64,000 nt of DNA from Eledone cirrhosa (GCA_964016885.1 OZ024750.1:6386001-6450000); one strand, 5' to 3'; counted from the first letter of the stretch, positions 26,451-41,989 are shown. Numbers and translations are program-made. Notes: generated from the sequence alone by a model not told the origin.

Positions 26451-29400
26451 AAACAATGTTGTCTTTGATAAAGACGAAGCGTCAGTGTATTTGAATACAT
26501 AAAAATGAGAAAACTCATCGCTAGGAAGACATATGCACAAACCCAGAGAGTGTGTGTCGCCTTCACATGTTAGATTGATTCTCAAGGTATAACAATGAAT
26601 TAATTTAGCTCGAACGTTATTCTCCTTCAGCCCCAGATTAATCCTTATTAGGCAGAACTATAATGAAAGGCAATCCAGTCTCTATCATCCATTTTAATTT
26701 CTTGTTTAGGATGATCTGCAATATTCTCTTACTTTTTAAATATGATTGAACTTGATACTGTTGTTAATTCTTGAAAGTCAAATGACCACATAGTATTCCA
26801 CAGCATATGTGCTAAATATACCTAACCCCCAAATTAATTGAAATTAAGATTAAAGAGTTATTAACTATCCCCTATGCAAGTGATCAGTGTAGGTTATTTT
26901 TTTAGGGTTTTTTGTGTTTAGTTTGTTGTTATTGTTTTGTTCGAGGACGCCTAACAGATCTTCTGGACATGTCGTTTATCGCTTGGCTGCTGTGTCTATC
27001 AGCTCTTCTATATGACCTTTCATTTGACATTTCGGTCATAGTTTATACAAAAAGAAAAAATAACACACAAAAAACAAAAGTGAAGACAGGGAAACATCGT
27101 GTGAGAGCAGCAGCAATCACCTTCATTGAGAAGTGAGGTTGATGACTACTTCTCTTTGACAGCCGCCATTAAATATTGAGTGCAGACCATTCTAGAGACA
27201 AATAACATTGTTCACTTGTCGGCAGCTTTTTCTTTTATTGTTGTTTAGTGTGTGATGTTTTGTTTTGCAGAATATCCCAGCAAACAAGAAACCCTAAGCT
27301 GTTCGTTCATTTTCATTTGTTCTAATTTTCCTTCTCTCTAGAAGCTCAGGATATTTTCTGTGGAGTTTTATCTCTCTTTATTTCAGTCCGTCCTACACTT
27401 TAACTACGTCCACCATATTTGTTATTGTTTTTCGTTTTTGTTTTCTTCTACTATTACCTTTATCTTGTTCGTTTTTCGTCTTTCATCCACATTTATCTTC
27501 TATTTTTTTTTTCATTGTGTTGTTGTTATTGTTGTTGTTGTCACAGGCCATCTAAACCATTTCTGTAGACTCTAGCGCTTTAAAAGACGTTTTATTTGTG
27601 TAAATTATTGCATAAATGACCGAAAGTTGATCGGCGACTTTTGACTTCTTCACCATTCTTCTTGCCAACTGAATGATAAAAAAAACTTAAATAAATAAAA
27701 AAAGAGGAGTCACGTGAGAAAACATTAAATATTCCTGTATTCTAAGTTTACTGACAATAAAGTGTCAGACCTCGCCTAAACCTTCTGTCCAATACACAAC
27801 ACATCAAACTGTTTTCTTCATTCATACTTTTCTTGTTCCTTTGCCGTTATTATTTGTTGTTCTATCGTTGCTGTTTGTTGTTGTTGTTGTTGTTATTGGT
27901 GTTGTTTGCGGTCTTTTATTTATTGATCTCATTTATTATAAGAAATGACCACCAACTCGCCCACCCACCCATCTCTTCATGTACAACCGCTGCTTCTAGT
28001 ATAAACTCCGTGTCAGAGACAATTTGACAACTTAAACGCTAGTTTCAGATTTCAAGTAAATAGGTTCGATTCAAATCTGTCGCTAATCACATCAAACATA
28101 ACTGCCATTGGACAGACACCAACAGCAGCAGCAGCAACAACAACAACAATATTTGTAATGATAATGATGATGATGATGATGATGATGATTAATGAGAACT
28201 ATATTAATGAGTTCCTACATTTAATGTTTCCTGTCAGAATGGGAATAACAATTTCTCGTATTAACACAATGCCACAGCGTTCTATGTACGATAACATCAG
28301 CCGAGTATATTACTGGTATATATATATTATCAGCCCAGAACGGAATTTCTTCTTTTTTTCTCTACACACTCAATATTTCTGGAGTTTTCTAAATAGAAAA
28401 TAGAATACATTTTGTACATTAAATGTGAATTATAAGAATAGCTCACTTTTGCGGGGCAACACCTTCTAGCCCTTTATTCCTGGCCTTTGAGGTAAGATTT
28501 TACCCGCCGACATTTTGCTGCTTTGGCAGCTATCCTTGCGTTGAGCTTTTCTCATTATTCTATGAATTCAAACACACTCGCGCCTCAACTCAATCTTCGA
28601 GAAAACTTTGTTTACATTTTGTATAATATAATTTCATAAATATTGAACACAATATAATTCTGTAGGGGTTAGAAATCAATAGAATTTTGTAACGGATATG
28701 GTACAATAATGTTTCATCTAAGAACTCAAATAAAAATAATAGCCGAAACTAAGAATGTATTGCTTCATAGAAAGAAACGGTTGTTTGTCTCATAATTATA
28801 TGATTATTTATTGTTTTAAAAAAATATTTGTCACCCTCAGAGACTAAGTACATCTTAGCTATGTCAATAATATCTATTCAAATTTTAAGATATAATTTAA
28901 CAATGAGAGAAATTGAGGCTGAAGTCCCACTAGTGCTTTTCGTGATCAGATTAAACCACAATATAACAAACAATACTATATTAGTAACTTTTATATCTGG
29001 TTCTTCGGAATAATAATTTTTCTGTATAAATATATGTTAAACATTTTTACAGCTTCTTCGGAAGAGAAGAGAAGGGAAGAACTCATCAGTCTTTTCAAGG
29101 TTTTCAAAAAATGCTTTGAGGTAGTTATCCTCAGATCGAAGACCTAATCCGAATACTTAAAATGGAGTGGAAAACGCTAAAGGCACATGAAGACAAGTCT
29201 ATATCCAACTAACAGGACAGTTCCCTTTAATGAGCTTCTGCACAATTCTAATCTACCAAATTTCATCGCTTACAAGATCATGGTCGAATGTCATTTTAAA
29301 GGTAGTGGAGAGTAATCTAAGAGGATTTTGGCTGCTAATTCTAGCAGCTTGAGTGACCACATAGACACACTCGTTGGTTCATCTAGAGAATGTATTATCA

Positions 29401-30687
29401 CCTTGTGGTTTATTTTCGCTACAACAGATCCTATATTTTAGATATAATATAAATAAAACGTTGTGAGGTTTATACATTCCCAGCAAATATTTACAGCCAA
29501 AAATTGAAGAGAGATGCGCAACGGCAGCATGGATGGAGCAGCATTACACAATGTCGTAGAAAGAAAACATTCTGATAAATATTTTAGTAAAAATACTGTT
29601 AGAGGAAGTCGAAGTTATTTTAGGATAGGGAAAATAGCGCTAATAATCAAAGCAAAGGGTTTAGCTTTCTATTGTTATTACAAGCTATCAGGACAAACTC
29701 AGTTTAAATATGATCCAGCTATGAAAACATGCTCACACTGGAAAGGAACGGTATATATTTGAATAACTTTGGCAGCTGCTAAATTTGTCAATCCTCTCTA
29801 AAAAGGAATCTGTGTGAATTTCTTTGTCTCTGTTAGTCTGTTACTTATCTATTTGTTAATATTTTCTACATTCTCAACCGTTGAAAACCAGTTACAAAAC
29901 AATGTATTTTTTTAAGGGGGGGTAATGCTTTTAACCTAACTAATCAGTGAGTGTGTACATGTCTGGCTGTGTATGTACGCATATATGTGTGCGTGTATAT
30001 ATATATATAAATATAAGCATACGCACTCACACACAGTCACACACACACACATCAACACAAACATGCGTGTGGCTGGGTGTGTTTGTGTAAAAGACGACTG
30101 AAAGCGGATTGTAATGTGTCATATGGTTGACTTAATCGGAAACATAGAGGAGGGAAAAAGCGGAAATTCAAACATGAAAGGAAACAGGAATTGAGGATCT
30201 TCGAGTTTTTTATGTGTATGTGTTTTGCCTTTATGTTGTTGTTGTTGTTGTTGTTTTATTGTTTTTTGTGCTATTGTTGTTGCTTTTTTTGTATTATTTT
30301 GTTTGTATTTTATTTATTTTTTGTCTTTTTTTGTTATATTTTTTTAAAATATTTTATTAAGCTTCAACATAGAATAGGATATTGTTTGAAGTGGGGCGTA
30401 TGGAAATCGTGGCAAGAAGCAATGGATATTGTGAATGGGTCTTGTAAAGTAGAAGACAAGTGGGGTAGATGTGCTGGTTGTTGGTGCTTGTGGTGAAGAA
30501 GCCGATGATGACGATGATGATGATTGGAGGCCGGGTAAGGGATTGGTGCCGATGGTGGTAATAGCGTTAATGATGCTGGTGAAGCTGGTGAATGGCTCTT
30601 TGTGGCAGGAAGTATATCACTGTGATGGCAAGTTACAAGTAACTTAGAGAATATAGAGAAATTTGCATACGTGTGTATGTGAGATAC

Positions 30688-30731
<44 letters not shown>

Positions 30732-31379
30732 AGAGAGACGGTGGGGAAGTGTATCTCCTTCGAGTCGTCTTGTGTACATGAAGAACATCGTAATTTTTTC
30801 CTCCTTGCGTCTGATTCGTTATAATTTTTTTTTAATTCTTCTATTTATTCTTCTCATTCTTTTATGTTGATGTTATTATTGTTATTATTATTATTGTTAT
30901 TATTATTATTATTATTTAACTTGGAAGTTAAGAAAAGAGAAAGCTGAAATTTTCCTTGAAATTAAAACGAAATAAAATAAATAAATATATATAAAGATAA
31001 CTAACTCTGGTTACGTGAAATGATTAAAAGAAAATTGTGACATCAAGATGATTTTTTTCTAATAATTTCTTCCCATTATTTAAAATAAAAAAAAACAAAC
31101 ACCAACAGCAACAACAAATCGATTGAGTTTGTGTTCTTCTTTTAAAGAGAGTTCTCATTTTCTTTTAAACTGGTCAATGAGGCCATTATTTAGCAGTTTC
31201 ATTAAATGTAACAGAAGAGTTAAAAATCCACCACGGAAAGTACATGACTCTTAATTTGTCTAATTCTTTCTTTCGTCTAAACTGAAGAGTATTAGGGAGA
31301 AGATGAAACAAAAATACACAGATACGATCAACTTCCAATAAAACACACGCACACACACACACGTGGAATGGACTTCCGT

Positions 31380-31677
31380 CTGTTTAGGTGATGAGTGTTC
31401 CAGTTGTTCGAGCAGCAGAACAGCGTGCTCGTGAAATTAACGGGCAAAAAGCTAAGTTTTTCCCAGGCATGTCCCACACTTAACATAGTTAAGATGGAGA
31501 TTTAGCATTGTGCCACAACGAGTGATAAAGTTGGCCATTTGAATTACTAATGCAGCTCATTTTCTGCCGGTCAGCAACGTGAAATAAAGTGTCTTGCCCA
31601 ATGTCACAACGCGGCACAGGAAATCGAACTCACTATCCTGAGCTGAACTCCCTTGCCACTAAACCCCATGCCTTCAC
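31380..31677 (-). mobile_element. SINE family 2 (tRNA head, gtgaaggcatgg... start)
   Basis: Shares caacgtgaaataaagtgtcttgc and catgccttcac with 54540-54697 and 54940-55233. Confidence 0.75.
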
Positions 31678-31710
31678 TATATATATATATATATAATGTG
31701 TGTGTGTATT

Positions 31711-31779
31711 GTGTATTTGTTGTCAGGTTGAACAAGTTGGCCCTCTGGGTTAACGAAACGTACGTACCTGCTAATGCAC
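31711..31779 (+). ncRNA. Type I hammerhead motif with degenerate 5' core (family I)
   Basis: gtgtatt..cagg-uugaacaa-GUUGGCC/GGUUAAC-GAAA-CguacG-UA-ccug..aaugcac; stem III palindromic ACGUACGU; lies between (TA)n runs. Confidence 0.6.
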
Positions 31780-31887
31780 CGCTGTTGTAACTGGCCTTAA
31801 TAATTATATTCAAACTTGCTCTATACCTTGTATTTATAACTACAATATATACTACCCAACCGGCAAAAATGAGCTCTGTTAGTAATT

Positions 31888-31926
<39 letters not shown>

Positions 31927-32126
31927 CTGAATATGTGCACACAGACACACGCATTCCCAGGGACGTCTTTGTATAAACATTTGGAACATTATTACTTTGC
32001 CATTTTTCTACTCGCTAACTATTAACAAAAGTTAATTGCAATTAAAACTCCCCTGGCATGATTGATTAATCGAAAATTTATTTTGAGTCAAAACGCACGC
32101 GTACAATCTTCTGTTGAATGGAATGA

Positions 32127-32214
<88 letters not shown>

Positions 32215-32724
32215 GTATATATATATATATATATAATGTTTGTAATGCATCAATTATGCATACATTAACAATTTCTTCAATTGTTATGACGTTGAATTGC
32301 GTCACTCCAAATAATTAAAGATATAACAAACAAAATTGCTGATTACTTAAGAAGAATAATTACAGCAAGTAAAAATAGATTAAGTTATGTTTCACTTGCT
32401 TACATTTAGTAGTATTTATATTAGTATTTAAATTATTCGTTTTGTAATGATAGCTTCGGGAACGAGTGGAAGAATTACAACTATGCAATATAACTTGTTT
32501 GTTTTTGTTTAAAATGTTTAATTGTAGCTTTAAATATTGGTGTAATATTCACTTCCAATCAACGCACAGAAGTTTTGGATTTGTTTCGTTAAACATTTCT
32601 TGTAAAATTATGTGTAAATGGTGTTTGTTTTAATAAGTAATTTCGAGTTCGTTATAAAGAGGAAGGAAGTAAAATGGGCAATAGCATACCTGATGTAGTA
32701 AGCCAAGAGAGTTTAATCACTTAA

Positions 32725-32920
32725 CCGTATATACTTGAATATAAGCCGTCCCACCTCTTATTTTGGTGTCTGAGAAATGGGTAAAAATCCAAACCTCGTT
32801 TACAAGTCGAGACAGCTAAACAATACAGTATGTTTAGATGGTAAAAATCACCCGACCCTTCATTTTACCATCGATTTTTTGGGGGGTAACATATTCCTTG
32901 ACTTATATTCGAGGTAATTT
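32725..32920. mobile_element. pogo/Tigger-like MITE
   Basis: TIR-like ccgtatatacttgaatataagccg versus tgacttatattcgag. Confidence 0.6.
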
Positions 32921-33415
32921 CTATATTTACTACTTAATGTATACTGGCAGCTACTTTACTATTAATTTTTAGTGCAATAGGCGTGACTAGGTATTTTTCT
33001 CGCTGGGTAAAATGTTATTCCACAAGACGCTATGGAAATTTCTATATTATTTCAAGCAGCTGTTGTTAGTGTTTATCTCTAGGTCAGTTTTGATTGAACA
33101 GAAGACTCGTGGCACGTATTTAATCATATCTCAAACACTAACACATGATGGTTACTTCAACAAAGTCTAGGTATTACAATAGCTGTACATTCTTCCTATG
33201 AGATTGCCATTAACGTCCCTTCGTTGATACAATTTTGTTCATACTTCCTTAATTGCTTTGTTTTTCATACCAGAACAAAAGTTTCTATTAATTAGACATG
33301 TTTTAAGTTGCTTGTCACTCATTCGTCTCTAGTTACACTTAGTAGTTTAGAATACTAATATACAATAACGATCTCCAGAACCGTCTTTACCTCTTTACCC
33401 CTCTCTCTCCCACAG

Positions 33416-33455
<40 letters not shown>

Positions 33456-34026
33456 CTCTCTCTCTAACAGGCTTTCTCTCATTCTCCTCTCTCTCTCTCG
33501 CAGCCTCCGCCCCTCTCTCTCATAGAAATATACAACATGAAACAGCCGATGTTGATAATTGCTTTAGTCTTTCCATAAGGAATCATTACATATTCCACGC
33601 ATCCCAAAATATATTTAAGCGGCCATTTTTCTTTTTAATAATTCAGACAGATGTGGAAGGGCAGTCCTGCTTCCTCTCCAATCTCTCTTAAACTGGTAGA
33701 TAAGAATATTTGATGAGTGTAATATTGTAAATGTTCAGTTTACATTTCTGAAGGTTAAGTGTTGCAAATATACCAATGTATGCAATGTGTTAGAGAGAGA
33801 GACGAATTTATAAGTACAAAAATTGAGAGAAGTATGTTCAACTGTGTCTAAGAGGAAATCATTCCAAAATACAAATGTGATCTTTACAAAATATTCACTG
33901 TATTCTTGTAATATTAGTGATCTACATATTACACCAAAACCTAAATGCTAAATGTTTACAGTATTTAAGTAATTGTGATTGGGCCACAGTTAGTAAGTAG
34001 AGGGCATTCTGTATAAGAGTACAAGA

Positions 34027-34074
<48 letters not shown>

Positions 34075-34147
34075 CAATGAGCACTCTACGGAGCAGAGTA
34101 TAATATGGAAAACGAAGAATCAGCGATGCATCGGATCACAATTTATT

Positions 34148-34224
34148 ACGTATTACAAATGTTTCTCCGGCGATCTGTTTGTGGATCAAACCTGACTCTG
34201 GATTCGCAAGTTCTTCATATACGT
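34148..34224 (-). ncRNA. Type I hammerhead motif (C3 mutated)
   Basis: acguau-aUGAAGA-...-GAAA-CauuuG-UA-auacgu; 6-bp stem I. Confidence 0.6.
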
Positions 34225-34248
34225 CTAGTGATTTCGAAGCAAATCCTC

Positions 34249-34336
34249 TATCTGAAGAACTTGCGAATCTAGAGTCAGGTTCGATCCTCAAACAGATCGC
34301 ATCTCGAGCTGTTCGCCGGAGAAACAATTAATACGT
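34249..34336 (+). ncRNA. Type I hammerhead motif (cleavage-site GU deleted)
   Basis: CUGAAGA(34252)-a cuuGCGAA...UUCGCcgg a-GAAA(34321) Caauu. Confidence 0.55.
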
Positions 34337-34387
34337 AATAAATTGTGTTCCGATGCATCACTGATTCTTCGTTCTCCATATTATATA

Positions 34388-34454
<67 letters not shown>

Positions 34455-34470
34455 GTATATATATATATAT

Positions 34471-34698
34471 AACTTGTGGCTACTAACGGCGACTCTGGTC
34501 GAAGCAATCGAATTTGTTACGGGGTTGCTCTCCAGGTTTAAGGCGGTTGTAGTTTGCAAAGTATATATAGAGATAGTGATAATAAGAATTGCAGCTTTTT
34601 GTGAAATTCTATTGATTATTAGAATTGTTTCTATACAGATTAGCTCGAGTTTGATCAGGCGTTCGGCTCCTGACTGTTAATCGACAATTCTTCAGATA
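34471..34698 (-). mobile_element. Third, diverged family D element with hammerhead motif at 34617-34698
   Basis: Reverse complement uau-CUGAAGA-auugucGAUU..agucagg..gauc..cucgagcu AAUCuguaua-GAAAC aauu CUA-aua; tail runs to (TA)n at 34470. Confidence 0.6.
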
Positions 34699-34699
34699 T

Positions 34700-34900
34700 G
34701 CGGTGAGCAGAGGAAAATGAGTTGAACCTGTAATCCAAAGGGCCAGGCTTGTCACAACCTGTCGAACTGAATCTCCCTGAGAGCTACGTTAATTGTACAC
34801 TCATTTGTTGAATACTCAGCCACTTACATGTTAATTTCATGTGCTTCATGTTCCTTTGATTAAATTAACTGAAACACTCGTCGTCACAACCGGAGGAGGT
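34700..34900 (+). mobile_element. SINE family 2, 3' portion
   Basis: ctgaatctccctgag..ctcagccactt.catgttaatttca..ctcgtcgtca matches the reverse complement of 54950-55100 and 31390-31520. Confidence 0.65.
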
Positions 34901-35212
34901 CCAAAACACTTACGCATTACGAGCCAAGGAGAATGTCCTCTAAGTAATCATTCTTTCTGCTAGAAATATTAGTCAAATATTCCTCATATCACATACGACC
35001 GTCTTAAGGGGGAAAGGGAAGGTTCTATGATATAATACTAGATGCAATATCACTAAAAGCCGTATGAGCGAACATGCAGATCAATATCTATCTTTCCATT
35101 TATCTTTCTATCTATGCGAAACTAAAGTAATATATATAGGTGTTATTACTTTGTGTAAGTCAAAATGGATTTGCGCTTATAAATATACATATAAATACAT
35201 ATATATATATTT

Positions 35213-35280
<68 letters not shown>

Positions 35281-35375
35281 CGTGTGTTAGTGTTAATGTA
35301 TTGCTAGGAAAATATGACATTTATTGTGTGTGTATATATGTGCATGTATTCTATAGGAAGAACGTGAGTCAGCGA

Positions 35376-35439
<64 letters not shown>

Positions 35440-35480
35440 GGTTGCGTGTGTGTGTGTATATATATATGGTTGTGTGTGTA

Positions 35481-35511
<31 letters not shown>

Positions 35512-35984
35512 GGTTGAGTGTGTGTATATATATATATGAATGTATATATATGCATAATGTACACATATATATATATGCATATGTGTGTATATATATATAT
35601 GAATGTATATATATATGCATAATGTACACACATATATATATATATATATATATGCACATATATATATATATACACATATGCACATATATATATATATACA
35701 CACACATATGCATATATATATATATATATATATACGATACTTACATTTGAATTAGTCATTAGAAATAACTATTGATATTTCGTATTTCAATAGCGAGCAG
35801 AATCAAGTTTTAAGAGTTTTAAGTGCTGTATCACATTCGGATCTCTTGAAATTAATTGTCTTCTACAACAGAAGATAGTAATATTTCTCGTATTATGATA
35901 ACAATGGACAGCTTTTGCCTTCACGTTCCAGTTGTGTCGTTTTATTGAGAAATCTATGAATATATATGCCCGTGTGTTTGTGTG

Positions 35985-36610
35985 TCTGTATATATGTATG
36001 CATGTATGTGTATCTGTGTGTTTGTGTGTATGGGTATCTGTGTGTTTGTATGTATATCTGTGTGTGTGTTTGTCTCTGTATATCTGTGTGTGTATTTGTC
36101 TATGTATATCTCTGTGTGTTTGTCTATGTATATCTGTGTGTTTGTCCATGTATATCTGTGTGTTTGTCCATGTATATCTGTGTGTGTGTTTGTATGTATA
36201 TCTGTGTGTGTCTTTGTTTCTGTATATATGTGTGTGTTTGTCTCTGTATATATGTGTGTGTTTGTCCATGTATATCTATGTGTGTTTGTCCATGTATATC
36301 TGTGTGTGTTTGTCTATGTATATCTGTGTGTGTGTTTTGTCTATGTATATCTGTGTGTGTGTTTTTTCTATGTATATCTGTGTGTGTGTTTTGTCTATGT
36401 ATATCTGCGTGTGTTTTTTCTATGTATATCTGTGTGTGTGTTTTGTCTATGTATATCTGTGTGTGTTTGTGTCTATGTATATCTGTGTGTGTTTGTGTCT
36501 ATGTATATCTGTGTGTGTTTTGTCTATGTATATCTGTGTGTGTTTGTGTCTATGTATATCTGTGTGTGTTTGTGTCTATGTATATCTGTATATATATGTG
36601 TGTGTTTGGG
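35985..36610. repeat. ~24-bp (tatgtatatctgtgtgtgtttgtc) minisatellite
   Basis: Direct reading. Confidence 0.9.
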
Positions 36611-36770
36611 TATCTGTGAGTGTGTGTGTATGTCTGTATATAATATCTCTGTCTATATGTATTCTTAAATGTCTGTATATATATATATATATATAAATGA
36701 CTCTATATATGTGTGTGTTTGTCTGTATGGTATATCTGTGTGTCTATATATATATATGTGTGTATATGTG

Positions 36771-36808
<38 letters not shown>

Positions 36809-37299
36809 AATATATGTGTATGTATATGTGTGTATATGTGTCTATATGTGTGTGTATATGTGTCTATATGTGTGTGTATATTTGTCTATATATATATGTG
36901 TGTGTATATGTGTCTATATATATATATGTGTGTGTGTGTGTATGTGATATTTCCATCTGCAAGTGTATCCCACTCATTTCTCAGGAAATGGCTTTTGGCT
37001 TTTATTAACGACGGATTAATGCCTTTCTGGGTAACGAGAGTTAACGGTTCCATTCTACGTCAGGTTTTATATAGCGATGTTGCTTGGTAATTCTAATATA
37101 CTTTTCTCTTGTGTTGGCCATAGCTTTCGATGTGTGTGTGTGTGTGTGGTGTGTGTGGTGTGTGTGTGTTGTGTGTGTGTGGTGTGTGTGGTGTGTGTGT
37201 GTTGTGTGTGTGGTGGTGGTGTGTTGAATGAATAAAATATTTCTGAAACACTTTCTCTCTACGTACATATATATTTAGACACACGTTTCACATTTAAGA

Positions 37300-38165
37300 T
37301 TATATATACATATATATATAGGGATATATATATATATATATATAGGTATATATATATATATATATATATATAGGTATATATAGGTATATATATATATATA
37401 TATAGGTATATATAGGTATATATGTATATATATAGGTATATATATATATATATAGGTATATATAGGTATATATGTATATATATAGGTATATATATATATA
37501 TAGGTATATATAGGTATATATATATATATATAGGTATATATGTATATATATAGGTATATATATATATATATGTATATATATAGGTATATATGTATATATA
37601 TAGGTATATATGTATATATATAGGTATATATGTATATATATAGGTATATATGTATATATATAGGTATATGTATATATATAGGTATATGTATATATATAGG
37701 TATATATGTATATATATAGGTATATATGTATATATATAGGTATATGTATATATATAGGTATATGTATATATATAGGTATATGTATATATATAGGTATATA
37801 TGTATATATATAGGTATATGTATATATATAGGTATATGTATATATATAGGTATATATGTATATATATAGGTATATATATATAGGTATATATAGGTATATA
37901 TGTATATATATAGGTATATAGGTATATATAGGTATATATGTATATATATAGGTATATATGTATATATATAGGTATATATGTATATATATATAGGTATATA
38001 TGTATAGGTATATATAGGTATATATATATAGGTATATATATATATATAGGTATATATATTTATAAGTATAGGTATATGTATAGGTATATGTATATGTATA
38101 GGTATATGTATAGGTATATGTATAGGTATAGGTATATGTATATGTATAGGTATATATAGGTATAG
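37300..38165. repeat. (TA)n-derived satellite with taggta interruptions
   Basis: Direct reading. Confidence 0.95.
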
Positions 38166-38350
38166 GGTTATATATATATCTAAATACGTTCATATGTACA
38201 CACACATGTATATGTACTTGTGTTTGTATTTGTGTACATGTGTATATGTATAGGTATATATAGGTATAGGGTTATATATATATCTAAATACGTTCATATG
38301 TACACACACATGTATATGTACTTGTGTGTGTATTTGTGTACATGTGTATA
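38141..38350. repeat. 104-bp tandem duplication
   Basis: ctaaatacgttcatatgtacac at 38180 and 38284; copies nearly identical. Confidence 0.9.
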
Positions 38351-39239
38351 CATGTATGTATGGTGATATACATTATACATGCATATGTAAAATATATAAT
38401 AGTTGTAGAAACGCTTTCAGATATAATTTTATTTTAACATAAGCCTCATCTCATGAACACATGAGTGTATCATCGAGAGATAAATAGAAAAATGTTTATT
38501 GCATAACCTTATAAAATAAGTTTGGACGAGAAACCTCCTTCTTACGAAACCCTAAATATATGCATGACATAAGAATCTCACAGAAGAAAGTCTTGTATGT
38601 ATAACTGCCACATAAGTTGTTTCTGGAAATAGAATTTTGTTTTATTGCTTTTAGAAGTCACTCCTTTAACCAGAAACTCAATGTATTTTTGTGTCTTTTT
38701 CCTTGTTTCTCTTTTCTTCTCTTTATTTATTATTTATTTTTTTGCATTTGATTTCGCTTTTTTTTTCTTCGTATCACGCATTTTTTCTCTTTTATTTGTA
38801 TTTTCTTTTTTAATCTCAGCTTAAATCTTGAAACAAAAAAATATCCTTTTTAACTATTAATTTTATGTCAACTATGTTTTTCTTTTATGTCTATGCTGTT
38901 TATGAAGCTATAATAAATTCTATGCTGTCCCACTAATACCCTATGGCGGTTATAAAAATCCTTATATATACTTCTTTCAAACTGGCTGTTTTAAAGGTGA
39001 TGTTAGTGGCTGAGAGAACGGTTTTTAGACTTTGAATACAATTTATTATGTTTCCGTTTTCCCTTTTACAATTAAGTTACATTGAAATGTAGAGAAAAAA
39101 CGTAAATACTTTCATAAAAATAACGAAGGTAATAAGAAAAACTCGCTTCTGCTTTATCTCCCCTTGTTTAAACCTCTTCATTTTATGCCTCTTATAATTC
39201 TTGCGATTTATTTTCTCTCCCTCGTGTATAGGTGCGTTT

Positions 39240-39284
39240 ACATACATATATACATTTGTGTGTATATATATATATGTGTGTGTG

Positions 39285-39317
<33 letters not shown>

Positions 39318-39443
39318 GTATTTGTATATATATGTATTTGTATATATATGTATATATATATATGTATTTGTATATATATGTATTTGTATATATATGTATA
39401 TATATATTTGTATATATATGTATATATATATGTATTTGTATAT

Positions 39444-39476
<33 letters not shown>

Positions 39477-41315
39477 TATATATGTATATGTATATGTATA
39501 TGTATATATATGTATATATATATATATGTATTTGTATATATATGTATATATGTATATGTATATATATATGTATATATATATGTATATGTATGTATTTGTA
39601 TATGTATATATATATGTATTTGTATATATATATATGTATGTATTTGTATATGTATATATATATGTATTTGTATATATATATATATGTATATATATATGTA
39701 TATATATATATATATGTATGTATATGTATATATGTATATATGTATATGTATATAGGTATATGTATATAGGTATATGTATATAGGTATAGGTATATGTATA
39801 TAGGTATATAGGTATATGTATATATGTATATAGGTATATGTATATATGTATATAGGTATATGTATATATGTATATAGGTATATGTATATATGTATATAGG
39901 TATATGTATATATGTATATAGGTATGTGTATATATGTATATAGGTATGTGTATATATGTATATAGGTATATGTGTATATATATATATAGGTATATGTGTA
40001 TATATATATATAGGTATATGTGTATATATAGGTATATGTGTATATATATATATATAGGTATATGTGTATATATATATATAGGTATATGTGTATATATATA
40101 TATAGGTATATGTGTATATATATATATAGGTATATGTGTATATATATATATAGGTATATGTGTATATATATATAGGTATATGTGTATATATATATAGGTA
40201 TATGTGTATATATATATAGGTATATGTGTATATATATATAGGTATATGTGTATATATATAGGTATGTGTATATATATAGGTATATGTGTATATATATATA
40301 TATAGGTATGTGTATATATATAGGTATATGTGTATATATATATATAGGTATATGTGTATATATATAGGTATGTGTATATATATAGGTATATATGTATATA
40401 TATATAGGTATATATGTATATATATATATAGGTATATATGTATATATATATATAGGTATATATGTATATATATATATATAGGTATATATGTATATATATA
40501 TAGGTATATATGTATATATATATATAGGTATATATGTATATATATATATATAGGTATATATGTATATATATATATATAGGTATATATGTATATATATATA
40601 TATAGGTATATATGTATATATATATATAGGTATATATGTATATATATATATAGGTATATATGTATATATATATATAGGTATATATGTGTATATATATATA
40701 TAGGTATATATGTATATATATATATATAGGTATATATGTGTATATATATATATAGGTATATATGTATATATATATATATAGGTATATATGTATATATATA
40801 TATGTATATATGTATATATATGTATATATGTATATATATATGTATATATGTATATATATATGTATATATGTATATATATATATGTATATATGTATATATA
40901 TATATGTATATATGTATATATATATATGTATATATGTATATATATATGTGTATATATATATGTATATATGTATATATATATGTGTATATATATATGTATA
41001 TATGTATATATGTATATATATATGTATATATGTATATATGTATATATATATGTATATATGTATATATGTATATATATATGTATATATATGTATATATGTA
41101 TATATATATATATATAGGTATATATATATATATAGGTATATATGTATATATATATAGGTATATATGTATATATATATAGGTATATGTGTATATATATATA
41201 TATAGGTATATATGTATATATATATAGGTATATGTGTATATATATATATATAGGTATATATGTATATATATATATATAGGTATATATGTATATATATATA
41301 TATAGGTATATATAT
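39240..41315. repeat. 2-kb (TA)n-derived compound satellite
   Basis: Direct reading; source of the 698-aa Ile/Tyr ORF. Confidence 0.95.
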
Positions 41316-41989
41316 TAAACCGTGGAATTTCCACAGGATCAGTTAGTAAATATTAAGTTCCGCATTCCTTGTCATTTTCCACATTATCCAAACAAGGAAG
41401 ATCCTGAAATGAGCAAACAAGCAGTTTTATAGTTTTCACCCTTCTACAATCACAGAAAGGAGATCTCACATTATGTACAGCTATTTACTTTGAGCCCTCT
41501 GAATCAATTAGGACGTTCCCTTCGCTTTATTCGAACTCCGATCGTTTTGACAATATTACTAATAATTCCAGCTTTATATCTGGCTTTGGTTGGAATATAT
41601 CTGCATCGAAATATCTCATAAACGATTAGATTAAGCTAAATGCAAGAACTGTGACCTTAAATAAAATTACTTATATTAAATATAGTAAATGTCTTTGGTC
41701 ACGAACGAGACAAAATATTTAGATAAAATTACAAATGGCACCATGTCCTTATCTTTTGAAATGTCCAGGCTAAAATACCAGAGCCGTTTATAAAATATCA
41801 AATACTGAAATGCTCGTAAAACAACAACAAAAAAGGTTTACTAAGATTTGTGCGACAGATTATTGATTCAGTTGTTGTGTAAAGACGAATTGGTCATAGA
41901 GACAAATTAGTGGTTACTGACTATAGGTTCGTAAACATTATATAAACATTGCCTTGTGCATATTAACGCAACTCATATATTTCTAAATC

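Larger units (their letters stand above)
34072..34384. mobile_element. Family D fold-back element with long-stem-II hammerheads
   Basis: Diverged inverted arms about 34099-34217 and 34253-34384, tail 34072-34098, (TA)n on both sides. Confidence 0.8.

Noticed and set aside
39238-41334. 698-aa ORF and the other long Ile/Tyr, Cys/Val, His/Thr and Gly/Asp ORFs in the track
   Set aside because: They are stop-free translations of di- and trinucleotide repeats with no protein-like complexity
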